In this document: piece by piece, positions 59,355 to 64,000 of the stretch
Position numbering within the stretch: position 1 is the stretch's first letter
Layout of the letters: each line of letters begins with the position of its first letter
Virus record (IMG/VR): IMGVR_UViG_3300036985_002432
Span: 28,213-92,212 of that record
Length of the DNA stretch: 64,000 nucleotides
Strand: one strand, 5' to 3'
Origin: a virus
Position numbers and translations under genes: made by a program
Notes under the pieces: generated by a model
Seen by the model: the letters and a program-made list of their open reading frames with translations, nothing else
Databases searched by the model: none
Told to the model about the DNA's origin: nothing

Positions 59355-60359
59355 TTATTTAGTTCCTATTCTTTTTTCTTGTTGAGGGGGTGTATTCATC
59401 TCAACAATCCGCATCTTTTCAAATTCAGCTCTGAAGAAACTTAATCTAGTATCACCATTTCTACATTTAAGAAAGTGTAATACCATAACTCTGTCATCTT
59501 CAATAATAAATCTATCAGGTCCATAGAATCTTATCTTCTGTTTTCCTGGTCTATTAATTCCTATTACAGTATCAGCATGTTGGAGAAGTGCATCAGCACC
59601 AAAAATATCAGATTCTAAAACATAATTGCCATACTTGCCGTCTTCAGCTCTGTCCGGATGGTCAATATTTCTATTTAACTGACTTAACACTATGAATGCA
59701 ATAGGATATATCCTCTTTAATTCAGTAAGGGCTTCCCCTAAGTTGTTTAGTGTATCATGTTTCTCTTTCTCATAGGCTGCTTTTTTAAATAATAGTGAAT
59801 GATCAATTGTTATTAATGTTTTTGTAAATACCTTTCCTGTATCTGTTATTTCAGAATGCATTTCCATATAGTTATGGATTATTCTTCTAAAATCATCTAT
59901 GGTACATGGTTTTTCAACTACATCAATAGGGTGTTTAACTTTTTGTTTGGCATATTCATAACACTTTCTTAAATCATCATCAGATAATTTTCCGTCTGCA
60001 CTACATAAATACTTATAAGATCTACCAATAACACTAGAGTATTCTCTAATAGCTGATGATCTTGCAAGCATCTCAAATTGAAACTGTAGTACTCTAAAGT
60101 TTTCTCCGGGATTAAGATTAAAAGATTCTCTTGTAATTTGTTCTGCAATCAATGTTTTTCCACTTGCCGGCCTTCCACCAATAACAGTCATAGTATTCCA
60201 TTCAATACCATCAGTCATTGCATCATTAAATTTAGGCCAGGGTGTCCTAAGACTTTTTATCTCACCATTCATTCTACCTTTTAAGTAGTGAAGTGAATCT
60301 TGAAAGCCCTCCTTTTGACTCTTCCATTCTGTTGGGAGAGATTTAGGTTTGTTGCTCAT
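59355..60359 (-). CDS. dnaB: DnaB-like replicative helicase (C-terminal motor domain only)
   Basis: GGRPASGKT, FQFEM, ITIDH, LSQLNR, ADALLQHAD, KCRNG. Confidence 0.9.
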   Translation of the reverse strand: MSNKPKSLPTEWKSQKEGFQDSLHYLKGRMNGEIKSLRTPWPKFNDAMTDGIEWNTMTVIGGRPASGKTLIAEQITRESFNLNPGENFRVLQFQFEMLARSSAIREYSSVIGRSYKYLCSADGKLSDDDLRKCYEYAKQKVKHPIDVVEKPCTIDDFRRIIHNYMEMHSEITDTGKVFTKTLITIDHSLLFKKAAYEKEKHDTLNNLGEALTELKRIYPIAFIVLSQLNRNIDHPDRAEDGKYGNYVLESDIFGADALLQHADTVIGINRPGKQKIRFYGPDRFIIEDDRVMVLHFLKCRNGDTRLSFFRAEFEKMRIVEMNTPPQQEKRIGTK

Positions 60360-60372
60360 TTATACGGAGTTA

Positions 60373-60555
60373 TTAATTACTTGATTTTATTTCAATATTA
60401 TTTTTGAGTACATTATACAAACTATGAAAGAATGTAATAATAGTTTCAATTATTAAATATTGAAATATAGTTACTGGCATTAGAAATACATTAATGATAT
60501 AGTATGCTAATATACTACCAAGAATAGCAGCCAGTAATAATTTAAGTTTAATCAT
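60373..60555 (-). CDS. Small membrane protein
   Basis: 60 aa with two hydrophobic stretches. Confidence 0.6.
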   Translation of the reverse strand: MIKLKLLLAAILGSILAYYIINVFLMPVTIFQYLIIETIITFFHSLYNVLKNNIEIKSSN

Positions 60556-61145
60556 ACTACTTTTTCTTTGAATTTAAAATCATTATAAGTTTCAGTTCCA
60601 TTATTCAGTAAATCACAGTAATTAGCTAGTTCAGATTCAAAAGATTTTTCAGCTGCATTTTGCTTCCGGATAAAATATTGAGAAGTCCTCATATACTTAA
60701 AACCATTTGCTTCATATTCATCTACATACCGTCTTGTTGATTCTAATACAGTTTCCCAACTATAGTTATGGTTATCAAAAAACCATCTAAAGTTATTTTC
60801 TAAGTTCTTTTTATCTGACCTAGCATATTTACCACTTGGGAGTTTAAAGGTAGGAAATATTTTTAAATATTCCTCTATTTTTTCCATATAATTTTCTCCC
60901 ATTTTAGATACAGATGTAGTCTTTTTGCTTGTTTTAAAGTAAGCATCAATCCCTTGTACAAATGTAATAGCTTTTGGAGTTAAATTGTTATTTACATCAA
61001 GCCACTCATCATTTTGCAACTTTTTGCTTTCTATTGCTGCATTAACATATTTGTTTGGTGCAACATTTTGACTGATACTATACAAATAATAAAAAGAATT
61101 TGGTGTTAGGTCAGCTTTTATAAGTTTATTAAATATTTCATTCAT
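60552..61145 (-). CDS. Hypothetical protein, possibly replication initiator/helicase loader
   Basis: ATG 61145 (MNEIFNK) preferred; function inferred only from position upstream of the helicase. Confidence 0.55.
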   Translation of the reverse strand: MNEIFNKLIKADLTPNSFYYLYSISQNVAPNKYVNAAIESKKLQNDEWLDVNNNLTPKAITFVQGIDAYFKTSKKTTSVSKMGENYMEKIEEYLKIFPTFKLPSGKYARSDKKNLENNFRWFFDNHNYSWETVLESTRRYVDEYEANGFKYMRTSQYFIRKQNAAEKSFESELANYCDLLNNGTETYNDFKFKEKVV

Positions 61146-61147
61146 AC

Positions 61148-61864
61148 TTACCATATTATTGTTTGGTTATAATTCTTTTGTATTATTTCTGTAGTTTTGA
61201 CAAATACATCACCACAATCCCATTCTTGCTCATAATTAAATAATGCACTGGCTGGGTTACTAACTAAGAATTTATAGTTGTTATCATTTACTGCATCTAC
61301 CCATTGTTGAGCAGTTTTACCCATATAGATATATACTAACCCCGGACAATGCCAAGTTAAAAAATCAAATAAATATGCAATAAAAGTTTGCCAAATAAAT
61401 TGATGTTGTCCTGTTTTACCAATAGTAGTAGTTAATGCTGTATTAAGTAATAATATACCTTGGTTACTCCATCTTTTAAGATCCATGTCTCTGTTGACTA
61501 AGTTATTACCATTATATACAGTTCTATCAATACTATCTAATAAACATTTTTGTACTGTTATTAATTCTGTTGAGTTACTTAAACTAAACGGAATCCCATC
61601 AGCTTGGTGAATTCCGTGAAATGGATCTTGACTTACTATAACAACTTTAATTTCACTATAGGGACATTCTTCAAATGCTCTAAACCAATTTTTAAGTGTA
61701 GGTGTAAATCTTTTACCATCTTGAGTTTGTTTAATTAGTTTCTTGATAATATCATCAAATTCTTTACTAAATATAAATCCTCTAAGTTTAATTGCCCATC
61801 CTGATGCTTCTAATTTAGCATACATTTTTTCTTTTATTTCTTCTATATCAAGTGTTTGTTTCAT
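61148..61864 (-). CDS. ung: Uracil-DNA glycosylase, family 1-like, with variant catalytic motifs
   Basis: FRAF, KVVIVSQDPFH, QADGIPFS, WSNQGILLLNT; the HPSPLS motif reads NPASA. Confidence 0.85.
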   Translation of the reverse strand: MKQTLDIEEIKEKMYAKLEASGWAIKLRGFIFSKEFDDIIKKLIKQTQDGKRFTPTLKNWFRAFEECPYSEIKVVIVSQDPFHGIHQADGIPFSLSNSTELITVQKCLLDSIDRTVYNGNNLVNRDMDLKRWSNQGILLLNTALTTTIGKTGQHQFIWQTFIAYLFDFLTWHCPGLVYIYMGKTAQQWVDAVNDNNYKFLVSNPASALFNYEQEWDCGDVFVKTTEIIQKNYNQTIIW

Positions 61865-61872
61865 TTTTTATA

Positions 61873-61880
61873 TATATTTG
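61873..61880 (+). promoter_or_regulatory. Bacteroidota-type -7 element TATATTTG
   Basis: TATATTTG-TATC-ATG, 4 nt before the start of the lone plus-strand gene. Confidence 0.65.
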
Positions 61881-61884
61881 TATC

Positions 61885-62199
61885 ATGGCAATAAAAGTTA
61901 AAGAACTCAAAGATGACATCATATTAGATGTTAAAGTAAACAAAGCATACTATATGATGCTTAAGTCTACCTTATTTTATTTATTTCAACAACAGTCAGA
62001 TGAGGCTTTAAGAGAAGAATCTCTTAAAAGAATCATGACTGGTAAGTATGAAGATATGAATGACTTAGAAAGATCATTCTATACTATAACTATCATGCTT
62101 GCTGAGATTGAAAAAGTAGCTAAAGAGAAAGATGCATATGATGAGAAAGAAGTATTAGAACCAGGTGATGAGGGCTATATAGCCCCTACTCTAGGTTAA
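61885..62199 (+). CDS. Hypothetical protein, the only credible plus-strand gene in the early block
   Basis: ATG 61885 (MAIKVKELKDD); fills an otherwise empty gap; normal composition. Confidence 0.8.
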   Translation: MAIKVKELKDDIILDVKVNKAYYMMLKSTLFYLFQQQSDEALREESLKRIMTGKYEDMNDLERSFYTITIMLAEIEKVAKEKDAYDEKEVLEPGDEGYIAPTLG

Positions 62200-62569
62200 T
62201 ATTATATATTTCTCCTATCTCAATACAGGCTTGTATAGCCATTGACAATTCATCTTTAGTACATTCTCCAAAAGATTTACATATCTCTTGGCCTACTCCT
62301 CCTTCTGTAAATACTAAACAAAGACCTGATCTCTGTTTAACTAAAAGTTTCATTTCTTCAAATGTATAACCTGCTTCTTGAGCTAGTATTCTAATACATG
62401 TATGTACTTTAGATATCTGTGCTAAAGAACCATTATCAGTTATAATATTCATAAACATCTCAACTTCTACACCTTCTGGTAATAACTTTACAAACTGCTC
62501 ATATAAGATTTTATTCTTATCTGGCTGTATAAGCTTACCATTAACTTTTTTAAGTTTACTTGTATACAT
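62186..62569 (-). CDS. NinB/Orf-like recombination protein (tentative)
   Basis: S.AQ...H..I..LA.E.G.T.EE.K and KSF...TK.E pattern resembles the NinB family. Confidence 0.5.
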   Translation of the reverse strand: MYTSKLKKVNGKLIQPDKNKILYEQFVKLLPEGVEVEMFMNIITDNGSLAQISKVHTCIRILAQEAGYTFEEMKLLVKQRSGLCLVFTEGGVGQEICKSFGECTKDELSMAIQACIEIGEIYNINLE

Positions 62570-62578
62570 ATTTAAAGT

Positions 62579-62830
62579 TTAAATTACTTTCCATTTTTTA
62601 AATAATGCTATTAAAACTTGGATATCTTCAATATCTGTGATATTATCTGAAAATTCATCAAAGTGTACTCTCCATTTATTGCCTGGTGAATCAGTATTTT
62701 CTGAACTATACAAACTAAAACCACTACCTAATGAAAATATGTAATAATGATAATCATTTTTATCACCACTTTCTTCTATTAGGATATCAATTCTAGTGAA
62801 ACCTTCTTCAATTAATTCTTCTTCTGTCAT
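62579..62830 (-). CDS. Hypothetical protein
   Basis: 83-aa ORF. Confidence 0.75.
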   Translation of the reverse strand: MTEEELIEEGFTRIDILIEESGDKNDYHYYIFSLGSGFSLYSSENTDSPGNKWRVHFDEFSDNITDIEDIQVLIALFKKWKVI

Positions 62831-62833
62831 ATT

Positions 62834-62947
62834 TTAATTATTATATTCATTATGATCCAAATCATCTTGATCATCCATTATCTTTTTTACTAATATACCT
62901 ACAAATACAAGGATTATTGCTACTATTATTAAACAAATTGTTATCAT
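62834..62947 (-). CDS. Small single-pass membrane peptide (37 aa)
   Basis: Manually translated MITICLIIVAIILVFVGILVKKIMDDQDDLDHNEYNN; exactly fills the gap between neighbours. Confidence 0.65.
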   Translation of the reverse strand: MITICLIIVAIILVFVGILVKKIMDDQDDLDHNEYNN

Positions 62948-62950
62948 AAT

Positions 62951-63124
62951 TTATTTTTGTTTAGGTAAAAAGTTAATATAACTCTGTGCTTTTCTTCTAC
63001 AATCCCATATAGAGATTAATGCAGGATTCTTTTTACTCCTAACATACTTCCATCTTGTATACCATGCTTTCTTGTACATCACAGTGTACATCATATTATT
63101 TTCTGTAACTACTTTATACTTCAT
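62951..63124 (-). CDS. Small basic hypothetical protein
   Basis: ATG 63124 (MKYKVV) preferred. Confidence 0.65.
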   Translation of the reverse strand: MKYKVVTENNMMYTVMYKKAWYTRWKYVRSKKNPALISIWDCRRKAQSYINFLPKQK

Positions 63125-63138
63125 AATCTTTAATTTTA

Positions 63139-63369
63139 TTACCAAGATGTGGTATTAGTAATACAATAATTAGTTCCAGGATGTGCATTCATCCAATCAC
63201 CTTCTGAAAGGTAAAAAGTTTTATTATTACCTGAGCAATCATTTTTAATTACTACTGAATAGTCAGTAATATTATCACTTTGTATAACTCCACAATTACA
63301 TGGTGTTACTTCTTTCTCACAAGACATTGCTAATAAAGCAACTGCCATAATCATTATTACTTTTTTCAT
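63139..63369 (-). CDS. Small lipoprotein
   Basis: MKK + hydrophobic core + lipobox-like LAMSC followed by EKE; additional cysteines. Confidence 0.75.
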   Translation of the reverse strand: MKKVIMIMAVALLAMSCEKEVTPCNCGVIQSDNITDYSVVIKNDCSGNNKTFYLSEGDWMNAHPGTNYCITNTTSW

Positions 63370-63373
63370 AATC

Positions 63374-63577
63374 TTATTTCTTTTTAAATTGTTTTAAACA
63401 CTCTATTACACACACAACTAATGCAATTAACCAAATAGTTGTAACTAATGTAAATATCTTCCAATCAAATACAGGTTGATTGCATATACTTAAAATTATA
63501 ACTAACCCAAATGGTAAATAACAAAAACAAGACCATATAAAAAATCCCTTCAATATATAAAAAATACCTTTAATCAT
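63374..63577 (-). CDS. Small membrane protein ending LKQFKKK
   Basis: ATG 63577 (MIKGIFY); two hydrophobic helices. Confidence 0.7.
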   Translation of the reverse strand: MIKGIFYILKGFFIWSCFCYLPFGLVIILSICNQPVFDWKIFTLVTTIWLIALVVCVIECLKQFKKK

Positions 63578-63578
63578 C

Positions 63579-63959
63579 TTATTTCTTTTTAAATTGTTCA
63601 AATAATTTTTTAGATAACTCCCAGTCTTTTAAGTTATCTTCATGTTCAGGATTGTTTTCAAACCAATAGCTATTAAAAATTTTAATTATAAATTCTACTT
63701 CTTCCTCACTATAACTTCTTTCTTGTTGCCATTTAGCACCTTCAATAAATGCATCTTCATTGTAAGGTTGTTTAACCCAATATCTTTCAGCAGCTTCTTC
63801 AAGTGTTTCTTGTTTAGTAAAGTATTTTCTATCTAATACTACTTTAAAAGTTTCACCATTAATACCTGGTAAGTCTTGTTTAGGTTCTTCTTTTTTCTTA
63901 TTCTTTTTTACTAAGGCATCCCATTCTTCAGGTGTACCGTTAAATTGTATATCTCCCAT
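63579..63959 (-). CDS. Hypothetical protein with KQETLEEAAE..GAKWQQER..EQFKKK motifs
   Basis: 126-aa ORF; motif set that I recognise as recurrent in Bacteroidota phages. Confidence 0.75.
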   Translation of the reverse strand: MGDIQFNGTPEEWDALVKKNKKKEEPKQDLPGINGETFKVVLDRKYFTKQETLEEAAERYWVKQPYNEDAFIEGAKWQQERSYSEEEVEFIIKIFNSYWFENNPEHEDNLKDWELSKKLFEQFKKK

Positions 63960-64000
63960 AACTATTTATTTTTAAATTGTTTTAACAGCACGCACATAGT

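Larger units (their letters stand above)
63371..63985 (-). repeat. Three copies of a ~23-bp gene-junction repeat (encodes QFK(K/N)K-stop)
   Basis: ATCTTATTTCTTTTTAAATTGTT identical at 63371-63393 and 63576-63598; 63963-63985 matches 63375-63397 at 22/23. Confidence 0.9.

Noticed and set aside
47334-63601. N-terminal extensions given in the ORF track for the genes listed as starting at 47438, 52171, 55129, 61852 and 63601
   Set aside because: They use non-ATG starts, run through promoter elements or overlap neighbours; internal ATGs fit better.
48418-63836. Short nested ORFs at 48418, 50186, 52835, 55260 and 63642
   Set aside because: They overlap well-supported genes and show no motifs or credible starts.
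35580-63985. CRISPR array interpretation of the short direct repeats
   Set aside because: Only 2-3 copies each, spaced by 190-550 bp of coding sequence rather than 30-40 bp spacers; no cas genes.
1-64000. Stop-codon reassignment as in some crAss-like phages
   Set aside because: Standard code already gives uninterrupted ORFs up to 4066 aa and near-complete coding density.
1-64000. tRNA, rRNA or diversity-generating retroelement
   Set aside because: No intergenic space with a cloverleaf seen, no reverse transcriptase motif, and no template/variable repeat pair noticed; a tRNAscan/Infernal run would be needed to exclude small RNAs.

Overview
A 64-kb, strongly AT-rich segment of a crAss-like (Crassvirales or related) tailed phage that probably infects a Bacteroidota host; the standard genetic code gives full coding density. 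Bases 1-42999 (+) are the late/virion block: a 5'-truncated tail protein, three low-complexity cargo-like proteins punctuated by xxGG motifs, a GIY-YIG homing endonuclease, a 1012-aa protein, three giant ejection-type proteins (1933, 4066 and 2022 aa; the 4066-aa one is a virion RNA polymerase with a DFDVD active site) and a small basic peptide. Bases 43036-64000 (almost all -) are the replication/early block: DUF932 protein, family B DNA polymerase, PD-(D/E)XK exonuclease, MoxR-like AAA ATPase plus vWA metallopeptidase, primase, Sak4-like ATPase, DnaB-like helicase, uracil-DNA glycosylase and small accessory genes. Most notable observations: (1) the three giant proteins are almost cysteine-free except for cysteines at their facing termini, suggesting head-to-tail covalent chaining; (2) three intron-less homing endonuclease insertions each duplicate or replace the terminus of the gene they invade, and one carries an inverted copy of its apparent target at its own promoter; (3) effector domains at the RNAP C-terminus are delimited by a 22-25 bp DNA repeat; (4) small genes sit between direct repeats spanning stop/start junctions; (5) a candidate late promoter TTTA-N20-TATATTTA. 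All family assignments come from motif recognition by eye, not database searches.
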